Source: the human T2T-CHM13v2.0 reference genome, Homo sapiens. Taken from it: a stretch of DNA of 64,000 bases. The translations under genes were made by a program, and so were the position numbers. Positions within the stretch are counted from its first letter, which is position 1, and each line of letters starts with the position of its first letter. Positions 1 through 12,950 of this stretch are shown in pieces. The stretch is from NCBI RefSeq assembly GCF_009914755.1, contig NC_060932.1. One strand, written 5' to 3'. The notes under the pieces were generated by a model. The model searched no databases. It was not told the DNA's origin and saw nothing but the letters and a program-made list of their open reading frames with translations.

Positions 1-254
1 TTTTATAATTACAATAGTATGACATAGTAGTTGAAATATTTTCAGTTACAAGGTCACCTGTAGACAAATGTCATATTTCGTTATCTCTAATTCTTGGGCA
101 TTTTTATGCTTTAGTTTGATGATTGACAAGATTGAAATATTATAGAATTAGGTACTATGTAATCGAGCCCAGTGCCATCTCATGAAGATCGCACCTATCA
201 TAATGTCTTCCACACTTACTAGCAATGCAATGTTGCAACATAATCTGTTTAATT

Positions 255-385
255 ACAGACGTAAAATGAATATAACATCTCATTCATAGAATTCTTGTAT
301 TAAATGAGATAATAAAGGTAAAGAGCAAAGTACATTAATTTACATATAACGCGTTCAAAATATATTAGACATTATTATTACTATT
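255..385 (+). mobile_element. MIR SINE, 3' part (degenerate)
   Basis: GTAAAATG...TAAATGAGATAATAAAGGTAAAGAGC...ATTATTATTA resembles the MIR 3' half. Confidence 0.45.
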
Positions 386-687
386 ATTATTCATTAATGC
401 AAGTTTCATTTTCCTGTTATTAGAATTTTGCCTTTAATTTAACAAAGTTTCATCGGACGCTAATGGCGTTTTATTATGACACACAAAACAAAATCTCAGG
501 GAAAACCGACAGGAATACAACAAGAACATAACAGTCCACCTGATCAAAATCGGAATAAACATCAGGTGATACTCTACCAGAAAACTCTATAAAATTAGAA
601 AATTGTCCTGTTTTCTGTTATTTTGTATACTTTGTATCAGTAGCACATGCCCCTCCATCATGTACTGGGTTTCTAAGGGTCACGTGT

Positions 688-723
688 CTGCAGTTTACTG
701 AATTTGATCACTAGATGGCACTC
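688..723 (+). promoter_or_regulatory. Candidate CTCF site with upstream module
   Basis: Core TGATCACTAGATGGCACTC (705-723) matches CCACYAGRKGGCR at all but the first position; TGCAGT starts 16 nt before it, the spacing I recall for the upstream (zinc finger 9-11) module. Confidence 0.55.
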
Positions 724-1189
724 TTGTATCCTTAATTAAATAAACACAATTTTCCTTGTTTTCAAACATTAGGGTGAATATTCAAACTTCTAATTAACTG
801 AATTTCATAGGAATATCTGGCACACTCTAGCATTGTCTCCATGATATACTTACATAGGTCGTACTCAGGGCACACACAGCATGAAATTTACCAATGAAGT
901 TCTCCAGTATGTTTTCATATTAAGAGTGTGCCATAAATGAGTTGTAATTTGACCACACCTCTAAAACCTTAGGTAATACACCCATCTGGAAGTGCCTTTT
1001 TTCTGCAAGTGAGGTTCAGGAAGAACTAGCTCCCTTGTGATTATGTTTTCCTGAGAAACTGATACCTAAGATTTTCATATCTTAAAACAAAACCCACACA
1101 AAGAAAGAAAAGACACCTACATTAAGTAATAAAGTAAATGCATTTATGACTATTTCTAAGGACTGTGCAAACTGTTTTTAAATATATAT

Positions 1190-1330
1190 ATGCTCATTTA
1201 ATACATACAACTCTCATTTTATAGATGAAGAAACGGGCTCAGTGATGCTAAGAAACTTGCCCAATATTACACAGCTCATGAGTAACACAGCACATGATCT
1301 GAGCGCAGACATCTGACTGTAGAGCTGGGA
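1190..1330 (-). mobile_element. MIR SINE
   Basis: CATTTTATAGATGAAGAAACGGGCTCAG...AACTTGCCCAATATTACACAGCT is the reverse complement of the MIR core. Confidence 0.75.
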
Positions 1331-1439
1331 CATCCCTTAACTGCAAACAAAACAGTCTTCCATTGTTGTTATCTCACACTGTACTAGAGACCATGGCATA
1401 ACTTTTCTGTCTAGTCAGAAATATCAACCATTAAAATAT

Positions 1440-1815
1440 TGACTTTGGCATACAGAGAGCTTGTTTGGATACTGATATAATCGTGCCAACTGTAAATTAA
1501 CATTTTTGAGACAACTGGAGACAATATTATTTTTTAAATAATTAATTTAAATTATTGTTAATTTTTAGATGTACTGTTGGCATTATGGTTGTGTTAAAAG
1601 ACATGTATTATTTAGAGCTACATTATAAAGTATTTATATTACAATAGATAAAATTATGAATTGTTTGGGACATGCTTTAATGTATGTCAAAAATGGGATA
1701 GGATGGTAGATAAAATAAAATTAGTAAAATACTGAAAATTATGAATGTTAAATAATGGATACATTGTGTTATCTTTCAAATTTTATGCATATTTGAAAAG
1801 TTCATGGTAAAAATT
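1440..1815 (+). mobile_element. Old L1ME-type 3' UTR fragment
   Basis: CATTTTTGAGACAACTGG...ATTATTGTTAATTTTTAGATGT...TATTTGAAAAGTTCATGGTAAAA resembles L1ME3/4 3' ends. Confidence 0.55.
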
Positions 1816-1894
1816 CAAAGGAAAATATTTATAAAAGTTCAAAAGTTCAAAATTTGAGATCTTATGAAATCACTGTTTAAAAAATGAATGTGTC

Positions 1895-3686
1895 TTCCAT
1901 TCACAATTGCTACAAAGAGAATAAAATACCTACGAATACAACTTATAAGGAATGTGAAGGACCTCTTCAAGAAGAACTACAAAACGCTGGTCAAGGAAAT
2001 AAGAGAGGACACAAACAAATGGAAAAACATTCCGTGCTCATGGATAGGAAGAACCAATATCATGAAAATGGCCATACTGCTCAAAGTAATTTATAGATTC
2101 AATGCTATCCCTATCAAGCTACCTCAAGCTACCATTGACTTTATTCACAGAACTAGAAAAAAATACTTTAAATTTCATATGGAACCAAAAAGGGGCCCGT
2201 ATAGCCAAGACAATCCTAAACAAAAAGAACAAAGCTGGAGGCATTATGCTACCTGACTTCAAACTATATTACAAGGCTACGGTAACCAAAACAGCATGGT
2301 ACTGGTACAAAAACAGATATATAGACCAATGGAACAGAACAGAGAACTCAGAAATAATGCCACACTTCTATAACCATCTGATGTTTGATAAACCTGACAA
2401 AAACAAGCAATGGAGAAAGGATTCCTTATTTAATAAATGGTGTTGGGAAAACTGGCTAGCCATGTGCAAAAAACTGAAACTGGAGCCCTTCCTTACACCT
2501 TATACAAAAATTAACTCAAGATGGATTAAAGACTTAAATGTAAGACCTAAAACCATAAAAACCCTAGAAGAAAACCTAGGCAATACCATTCAGGACATGG
2601 GTATGAGGAAAACTTCATGACTAAAACACCAAAAGAAATGACAATAAAAGCCAAAATCGACAAATGGGATCTAATTAAACTAAAGAGCTTCTGCACAGCA
2701 AAAGTAACTATCATTAGTGTGAACAGGCAACCTACAGAATGGAAGAAAATTTTTGCAATCTATCCATATGACAAAGGGCTAATATCCAGAATCTACCAAG
2801 AACTCAAACAAATTTACAAGAAAAAAACAACCCCGTCAAAAAGTGGGCCTAGGATATGAACAGACATTTCTCAAAAGAAGACATTTATGCGGCCAACAAA
2901 CATATGAAAAAAAGCCTATCATCACTGGTCATTAGAGAAATGCAAATCAAAACCACAATGAGATACCATCTCACACCAGTTAGAATGGTGATCATTAAAA
3001 AGTCAGGAAACAGCAGATGCTGGAGAGGATGTGGAGAAATAGGAACGCTTTTACATTGTTGGTGGGAGTGTAAATTAGTTCAACCATTGTAGAAAACAGT
3101 ATGGTGATTCCTCAAGGATCTAGAACCAGAAATACCATTTGACCCAGCAATCCTATTACTGGGTATATACCCAAAGGATTATAAATCATTCTATTATAAA
3201 GATACATGCACAGGTACGTTTATTGGAGCACTATTCACAATAGCAAAGACTTGGAACCAACCCAAATGCCCATCAATGATAGACTGGATAAAGAAAATGT
3301 GGCACATATACATCACGGAATACTAGGCAGCCATAAAAAAGGATGAGTTTATGTCCTTTGGAGGGACATGGATGAAGCTGGAAACCGTCATTCTCAGCAA
3401 ACTAACACAGGAACAGAAAACCAAACACTGCATGTTCTCACTCATAAGTGGGAGTTGAACAATGAGAACACATGGACACAGGGAGGGAAACATCACACAC
3501 CGGGGCCTTTCAGGGGGTGGGGGGCTAGGGGAGGGATAACATTAGGAGAAATACCTAATGTAGATGATGGGTTGATGGGTGCAGCAAACCACCATGGCAC
3601 GTGTATACCTTATGTAATAAACCTGCACACTCTGCACATGTATGCCAGAACTTAAAGTATAATAAAAACAAAACAAAAACATAAAC
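1895..3686 (+). mobile_element. 5'-truncated L1PA7-like LINE-1 (ORF2 C-terminal part, 3' UTR, A-tail)
   Basis: ORF2 peptides ([36 protein letters not shown]) split by frameshifts; G-rich 3' UTR; 15-bp TSD AAAAATGAATGTGTC at 1880-1894 and 3687-3701, at a TT/AAAA site. Confidence 0.95.
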
Positions 3687-4994
3687 AAAAATGAATGTGT
3701 CCACTTTAAAGAGTTTGTGGCATAGAGCTTTACTTTCCATCTTGAACTCATCCCATAGAATTGTTACACTGGGTCTGTTCGATTAAAAAGTTACCTTAAG
3801 AATTAGAGAGAAGTAGATCATTTCAAAACAGGTAAATTTTGATGAGAACAAGAGGTGTAAAGAAGGAAGTTCATCAGGCGATTTGCAGAGTGAAGATATC
3901 TGAGTGTAACCTCAAACAGGGCACCATGAAAATATCAGTATCCCATAGGGGCTGAATGTCCAAAAAAGAAGTATGGGAAATGTAGCAATTAATGCATATT
4001 GGAAAATTATAGGCATTTAGAATGATGTCTTTAGACAATATTTTCCCAGGTTCATTTCTAAGAAGGTACTTCAGAGTTTTCTTAAATAAATGATAAAATC
4101 AAACTGTATTCTTTTTATACCTATTACATCATTTTAAATTGGTAAAGAAAAACTATAGTTAAATGCACATACTAAATTATATTTAATAAAAATGTCCAAA
4201 GACATTATACCAAAAAGTGTTTACTTGCACAATTATGCTAACTCATTGTTTATTCAGTCTTTAAACAAATCTTTTTTTCTAAAATATATTTTTAAAAAAC
4301 TAATATTAATTAAAAGTCTTCTTTTTACATGCAGGCCTACCCATAGCACATGTGCACCACACTTAGTAAAATGCCAGGCAGGGCTCAGATGTATCTGCTC
4401 TGAGCAGATACTTAACATAGCAATGACCAGGAGTACAATAAAAAGTAAATACAAATATAATAACATTGTCCCAAAGTGAGATATTAGTGTAAATATTGCA
4501 ATTGCATATCAACAATATATATATGTTGATAGTTTCTGTTTGCTAAATAGCTGTCAAATATAGCAGCTTAGAAACAGTTTGAGGATTTTGTGGGCTTTTT
4601 CTTATGATTTATTTAATAACTGAACAGTTTTAATTTGCCACTCTAGGTTCTGTAACAGTGTTACTACCTCACAAGAAGAGATAAGTATTTACAAGAAAAT
4701 GGAAAAACTGTATTAAAACTTTGAATATTTGAATATTTGACAAAGGTACCTCCTCTTCTCTGAAAAATTGCTGTAATTGTTGTAAATGATACTTCTGATT
4801 ATCAAGAAAAATTTCATCAGAAATGAAAATTGAAACTGGATGACAAACATATTCAATGATTTTCACCATGTCTAATACATTAAAGAACATTAGATGTTAT
4901 GAGTGATTCAAATTTGATGTCATTTTCTCTTTGCTCGGCTTGTGATCCCAAACAGTCTTCTCTTGGGTGGATCCATGTGGAGTATAAATATTAT

Positions 4995-5530
<536 letters not shown>

Positions 5531-6981
5531 TTAAGCAAAAATAAATTAATATAGAATCTTGAATGGGAGACTAAATTGCAGAGTAAGGTTGAGCACTTTC
5601 TCTTTGCAGTTACTTATTTTTACAAATCAGTGTATTCTAATGTATTCCTGAAGATTAAATCATTTTGAATGTTTGGATTTTAAAATGATAGTGCTATAAA
5701 GTTGAGTCCAGCACTATAGGCAAAAGTTATTTTACATTTGGGCCGAGTAAACATGCCACTTATTCTTATTTGTAGAATACTAAGATTGCACCATCTAAAA
5801 GAGATAGCTTCATAAAATTTATTTTCTAACGTTGTTAAACATCAAATAACACAGTCTCTTTAACTTTTCATTAAGTATACTATAGCAGTTCTTAACTGTT
5901 AAATGTGCTGTGCTGACACATGCATAAATTAAGGAACAATTTGCATAATTCTGGCACTTAGAACTTGGTCTTATCAAAGGTTTCAACACTGATTTGTACA
6001 ACATAGAACTTTAAAATTTTTAAGTATGAAATATAACTTTTGAAAGCATAGAAGTGTAATTTGAGTATTAAGAAATTCTATCTGATTCTCTTGGGTTTGA
6101 ATTGTATTTTTAAATTTAGTTTTTTGATTCTTTTACTCCATTTAGACTTAAAGTTTAAAATAACAGGATGTGCTTCAATATTCAGAAGCACATTATTATC
6201 TGTGCCTCTTTAAACAAGTTGGAGTGTTTTTCCCCTTCAGAATCTGAGCTGTCAATCATTCAACAGATCTTTTTTTCCTGTTCTTTTGCGCCAAAATCCA
6301 CTACTTCTAAGTTGTTTGGCTCTCCATTAGCCCTCACAAGCTGAAGTTTTACACTGAATAAACTATCAATTTTATTTTATGTAGTTTCCTACTTTTATAT
6401 CAGAAAGATGGACTCCAGTGGTGGAATGTAAACTCAGCAGTGATAATTAAATATCAAGAGCTCAAACCTACATAAGATGCATTTTTCTAAGTAGCACGCT
6501 CAATTGGCCTTGAACTCCTACGAGTTTCCAGATTCAATACTTCTGAACCTCTTTGTTCACGCAAATATCCAAGTAGTGCTGATCAATGACAGACCCATCA
6601 GTAACACTTTAGATGCCATGTGAGTTCTGAATGGGCTATACCAGAAAGCATCAGCTGCAACCCTGTATCTCATTCAGCCTAGAAGTTCATGTTCTGCAGC
6701 TCTCAGGAGCGTGTTATCCATATAAAGCAAAAATATGCAAACAAGCACACTTCAATGGGCTTTAATAGTTGATTTAGGGTTAGTTTTCCTTACTTCATCT
6801 TTCTAAAAAGGTACACGTTGAAACACCATGAAATGGAATGAATGTTTTGCTCAGTTTTGATTAAAAAGAGGTGGTTAACTTTAGGCAAGTGGCCCTAGCT
6901 AGTTCGTGGTTTGGAAGATGTGAAGTACGTTAACACCAGACTTGCCTGGGAGGTGAAACCTTAGCTTTTCAGTAAGAGTTA

Positions 6982-7016
6982 TGTGTGTGTGTGCGTGCGT
7001 GCGTGTGTGTGTGTGT
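6982..7016. repeat. Compound (TG)n/(TGCG)n microsatellite
   Basis: Read directly. Confidence 0.95.
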
Positions 7017-7297
7017 CTAAATCTGTTTTTGCCAGATTGAAGGTAACTGTGAATTTGCTATTGATTCAAATCATAATTTGGTTAATATACTTACATTTAC
7101 TCCTCAGGCAAATTATTATTTCAAATTATCTTAAGTACCTTATAAATAAATTTTTCTAGAAATAATGAGGATGGTGTGTATATCATAATGAATATTGTCC
7201 CTAAATGGAACTAATGAACATATATTTTTCCTTATTTGCTGGTTTGATAACTTAGTATTTGGAGATACATCCTTTGCTATTTAATTAATGTTTTAGG

Positions 7298-8605
7298 TTT
7301 TATTTTATTTATAATTGACACACTAATTTTACATATTTATGTGTGATTTTTGATACAAATATACATTGTATAATGATGAAAACAGAATATTTAGCTTATC
7401 CATCATTTCAAACACTTATCACTTCATTGTGGTGAGAGCATTCACAATCTTCTCTCCTAGCTATTTTTAAATATACGATATTGTTAACTATAGTCACCAC
7501 ACTGTGCAAGAGAGCACCAGAATGTATTCCTCCTGTCTAACTATAACTTTATACCCATTGACCAGTCTCTTTCTATCCCTTCCCACCTTCCCAGGCTCTG
7601 GTTGCCACCGATTTACTATCTTCATGAGATCCAATTTTTTAGCTCCCACATATGAATGAAAACATGAGACATATGTTTTTCTATGCTTGTCTTATTTCAT
7701 TTAGCATGTCTTCCAGGTCCATCCATGTTGCCACAAATTTATTTTTTGTGGCCAAATAGTATTCCATTGTGTATATATACCACATTTTCTTTATCCATTC
7801 ATCCTTCAATGGGCACTTAGGCTGATTCCCTATCTTAGCTCTTGTGAATAATGCTGCAATAAACATCAGAGGGCAGATGACATGGTTTGGCTCTGTGTCC
7901 CCACCCAAATCTCACCTTGGATTGTAATAATCCCCACTTGTAGTGGGAGGGACCCGGGTAGAAGGTATTGAATCATGGGGGTGGGTTTTTCTCAGGTTGT
8001 TCTTGTGATAGTGAATAAGTCTTACAAAATCTGTTGGTTTTGTAAAGGGGAGTTCTCCTGTGCATGCGCTCTTGCCTGACACCATGTAAGCCATCCCTTT
8101 GCTCTTCCATAGTCTTCTGCCATGATTGTGAGGCCTCCCTAGCCATGTGGAACTGTGAGTCTATTAAACTCTTTCCTTTATAAATTATGCAGTCTCAAGT
8201 ATGTCTTTATTAACAGCATGAGAACTGACGAATATAGCAGCTATCTCTTCAACATACTGATTTCATTTCCTTTGGATCTATACCCAGTAGTGGGATTGTT
8301 GGATCATATGGTAGTTCCAGTTTTAATCTTTTGAGAAACCTTTTATTGTTTTCCATAATGGTTATACTACTTTACATTTCCACCAATAATGTATAACAGT
8401 TCCCCTTTCTCCACATCCATGCCAGCATGTTAATTTTTGTCTTTTTGATAATAGTCATTCTAATCAGAGTGAGGTGATATATCATTCTGGTTTTCATTTA
8501 CATCTGCCTGATGATCAGAGATACTGAACATTTTTTCATATACCTGCTGGTCATTTGTATTTCTTCTTTGGGGAAATGTCTATTCAAATCTTTTGTCCAT
8601 TTTGA
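7298..8605 (-). mobile_element. L1MA-type 3' end, split by a THE1 LTR
   Basis: T-rich tail, then L1MA 3' UTR and ORF2 end; minus-strand peptide MFIAALFTRAKIGNQPKCP...WIKKMWYIYTMEYY. Confidence 0.9.
7878..8236 (+). mobile_element. THE1C/D-like MaLR solo LTR
   Basis: Starts TGACATGGTTTGGCTCTGTGTCCCCACCCAAATCTC; 5-bp TSD GCAGA (7873-7877) / GCAGC (8237-8241). Confidence 0.92.
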
Positions 8606-9539
8606 TACATCAATATAAACATTACATTTTCCATTATACTTTATTTATACTATTACTGATTCCTCAGAAAATTCTCTCACCTTTTATATTAATAATACAT
8701 TCTCTCTATATATATTTTTGAAATAAAATTTACCTTTATATTTTAATGGGAGTTAAGTTACCTAAAATTGCATGAATCACAAGACCTTTTTACACTGCAG
8801 ACAGACTAGAATGAGGCCTCAGGAGTAGGGGAAATTTGATTCCTAATCTCAATTTGGTTGCAAAGTTCTTTGTTTCACAAGCAATTCACATACCAGATGA
8901 TCATCACCACCATGCTTTTGTTTAGGTTCTCCTTCTGACTGAACTGTCCCTCAGATGTTACCACACAGGAAAAGTTGACCCATCTTTTATCTTTAAAAAC
9001 CTACTTCTCCTTTTATACTTTCTCTAACTACTGAGTCAAACTAATCTTTCCTTTTTCCAAATTGATAAAATCATAACACGTTAATATATTAGAAATGTCT
9101 TACAAAATAACATAGGACTACATCCCAGTTAAAACAGTCACCAATCCAACAACATCCACAACAGATAATCAGACTACCTGAATGCTATCCTTGACAGGAA
9201 GGTCAGTCAGCCAGAAGAAATCCTATTCTAATCTTGGGAAACCTCAACTATTAAAAATGTCACCCTCAGACTGACGAAATTCTGTAGCAGAGTTGCAATA
9301 AAAGTCAACACATGGCATAAGTGGAAACATGCAAAAATTTGAGGCTGAATATATTATTATTTACGTTAACAAAATCACTTTTCTCTCCCCTAGAAAAGTC
9401 TACCTCTAGACCTCAAATACACCCCTTGTCTGAGAGTGTTGAATATATTTGGCTAGTAACCAAGTAGGATCTTTGCCCTGTAAGAAAGCATTTCCTCTAT
9501 TTCAGTATGGGAGCAGTGAAGGAAGCCAGTCATCTACCC

Positions 9540-9542
<3 letters not shown>

Positions 9543-9572
<30 letters not shown>
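9543..9572. repeat. (AC)15 microsatellite
   Basis: Read directly. Confidence 0.95.
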
Positions 9573-9577
<5 letters not shown>

Positions 9578-10167
9578 TGTGTGTGCATACATCCTTAAAC
9601 ATACTTCCCTGCTTTAACTCTGCAAAGCCAGGAAGAAGGATGTAGAATTTTTTAAATTAAATTTTCACTGATACATAATAGATGTACATATTTTGGTACT
9701 ACATTGATAATTTAATACATTCATATAATTTCTAAAGATCAAGTCAGTGTAAATGGAATAATTTTCACCTTAAATATTTGTCTTTTCTTTATGCTAGATA
9801 TTCAAATTATTCTCTTCTAGCTATTTTTGAAATATACAATAGATATTGTAAACTATAGTCACCCTACTGATATATCAAACAGTAAGTGTTATTTCTTCTA
9901 TCAAATTGCATGTTTACACTCATTAATCAACTTCTCTTCATCCTCCCCTCTCCAGTCCCCTTCCCAGACTTTGGTAACAAACAATTTACTCTCTATCTTC
10001 ATAAGATACACTTTTTTTTTAGCTCTCTCAAATGAGTGAGAACGTGTGATATTTGATATTTGTCTTTCTGTCTTTGTCTTATTTCACTTAACGTAATGGT
10101 CTCCAACTCCGTTAATGTTGCTGCAAGTGACAGGATTTCCTTCTTTTTATGGCTAAATAATATTCCA

Positions 10168-10170
<3 letters not shown>

Positions 10171-10210
<40 letters not shown>
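10171..10210. repeat. (CA)20 microsatellite inside L1MA
   Basis: Read directly. Confidence 0.97.
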
Positions 10211-10212
<2 letters not shown>

Positions 10213-12465
10213 ACATTTTCTTTATCCATTAATTCATTGACATAGATTGATTTCATATTTTTGCTATTGTTGTGAATAATGCTGCAATAAACATGGAAGT
10301 GCAGATATCTCTTCAATATATTGATTTTTTCCCTTTGAATATATACTCAGTAGTGTAAATGATGGATCATATGATAGTTCCATTTTAAATTTTTTGAGAA
10401 ACCTCCATACAGTTTTCCATAGTGACTGTACTAATTACATTCCCACCAACAGTGTACTAAGATTCCCCTTTCTCCACATCTTTGCCAGCACCTGTTATTT
10501 CATTTTTTATAAAAGCCATTATACCTGGGATGAGATGTTATTTCATTGTGTTTTAATTTGCATTTCTCTGATGATATGTGATGTTGAGCATTTTTAAAAT
10601 GTACTTTTTCATCATTTATATGTCTTCTTTTGAGAAATGTCTATTCAGATCTTTTCCTCATTGTTTTATTGAATTATTTATTTTTTGCTATTGAGTTGTT
10701 TGAGCTCCTTAGATATTCTGCTTATGAATCCCTTGTCAGATGGATAGTTTGAAAATATTTTATCCCATTATATGGGTTGCCTTTTCACTTTGTTGACTGT
10801 TTCCTTTGCTGTGCAGAAGAATTTTAGCTTGATGTAATCCAATTGTATATTTTTTGCTTTGGTTGCCTATGCTTTTGAGATCTTACACACAAAATCTTTA
10901 CCCAGACCAATGTCCTGGATGTTTTCTCCAATGTTTTCTTCTAGTAGTTTCATAGTTATAGGTCTTCAATTAAAATATTTAATCCATTTTGATTTGATTT
11001 TTGTATACGGTGAAAGATAAGGGTCTTTTCATTCTTCTGTATATGTTATTTTTCTGTTTCCCCACACCCTTTAATGAGGAGGCTGTCCTTTTTCCATTAA
11101 ATATTCTTGGCACCTGTGTCAAAAACAAGTTGGCTGTAATGCATAGGTTTATATCTGAGCTCTCTATTCTATTCCATTGGTCTATATGTCGGTTTTCATG
11201 CCACTAACATGCTGATTTTGTTACTATAGCTTTGTATATATTTTGAAGTTAGTGTAATGCCTTCAGTTTTGTTGTATTTGCTCAGAATTGCTTTGGCTAT
11301 TCAGGGTACTTTTATGATTCCACATAAATTTTAGAATTTTTTTCTATTTTTATGAAGAATGTTATTGGCATTTTTTGGAGATTGCATTGAATACGTAATT
11401 TGCTTTAGGTGGTATGGTCGTTTTAACAATATTGGTTCTTCCAATCCATGAGCATGGAATATCTTTCCTTTTGTTGTGTCGTCTTCCATTTCTATCATCA
11501 GTGTTATATAGTTTTTCTAGTATGGATCTTTCACCTCATTGATTGAATTTATTCCTAGGTATTTGATATTCTTTGTAGCTATTGTAAGTGGGGTTGCTTT
11601 CTTGATTTATTTTTCAGATTATTTGCTGTTGGCTTATATAAATGCTATTGATTTTTGTATGTTGATTTTGTATTCTGCAATCTGACTGAATTAGTTTATC
11701 AGTTCTAACAGTTTTTGGTTTTTTAACAGTTCTTTAAGTTTTTCTAAGTATAACATCATATTGTTTGCAAACAAGACTAATTTGATTTCTTTTCCTATTT
11801 GGATGCCCTTTATTTCTTTCTCTTCCCTAATTTTTCTGCCCAGGACTTCCAGTATTAAATTGAATAAAAGTCGTGAAAGTGGACATGCTTGTCTTGTTTC
11901 AAATCTTGAGAGGAAAGGCCTTCAGTTTTTCCCCACTCCTCATCATGATGTTAGCTGTGGGTTTGTCATATATGGCCTGCATTATTTTTAGATATATTGT
12001 GTCTATGCCTACCTTGTTAAGGGATTTCATCATAAACAATGTTGAATTTTATCAAATGCTTTTTTGACATCTATTGAAATAATCATAGGTTTATTGTTCT
12101 TGGTCCTGTTAATGTGAGGTATCCCATTTATTGACTTATGTATATTGAACCAGCCTTGCATCCCTGCCATGATTCCTACTTGGTCATGATGAATATTTTT
12201 AATGTGTTGTTAAATTCAGTTGGCTAGTATGTTGTTGAGAATTTTTCCAATATGTTCATCACTAATATTGTTCTGTAGTTTTTGGTTGTTGTTTTGTCTT
12301 TCTCTGGTTTTTGTATCAGGGTAATGCTGGCCTGGTAGAATAAATTTGGAAGCTTTCCCGCCTCTTTAATTTTTGTGAAGAATTTGAATAGAATCGATAT
12401 TAGTTTTCTAAAGAATGTTTTGTGTAATTCAGCAGGAAACCATCAAGTTCTAGGTTTTTCTTTCA

Positions 12466-12950
<485 letters not shown>

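Noticed and set aside
537-568. Inverted repeat CACCTGAT...ATCAGGTG
   Set aside because: 8-bp arms with a 16-nt spacer can arise by chance in 64 kb, and there is no consensus to compare against.
4647-4745. 99-nt exon-like segment (CTCTAG|G...AAG|GTACC)
   Set aside because: Stop codons in all three frames and a weak donor.
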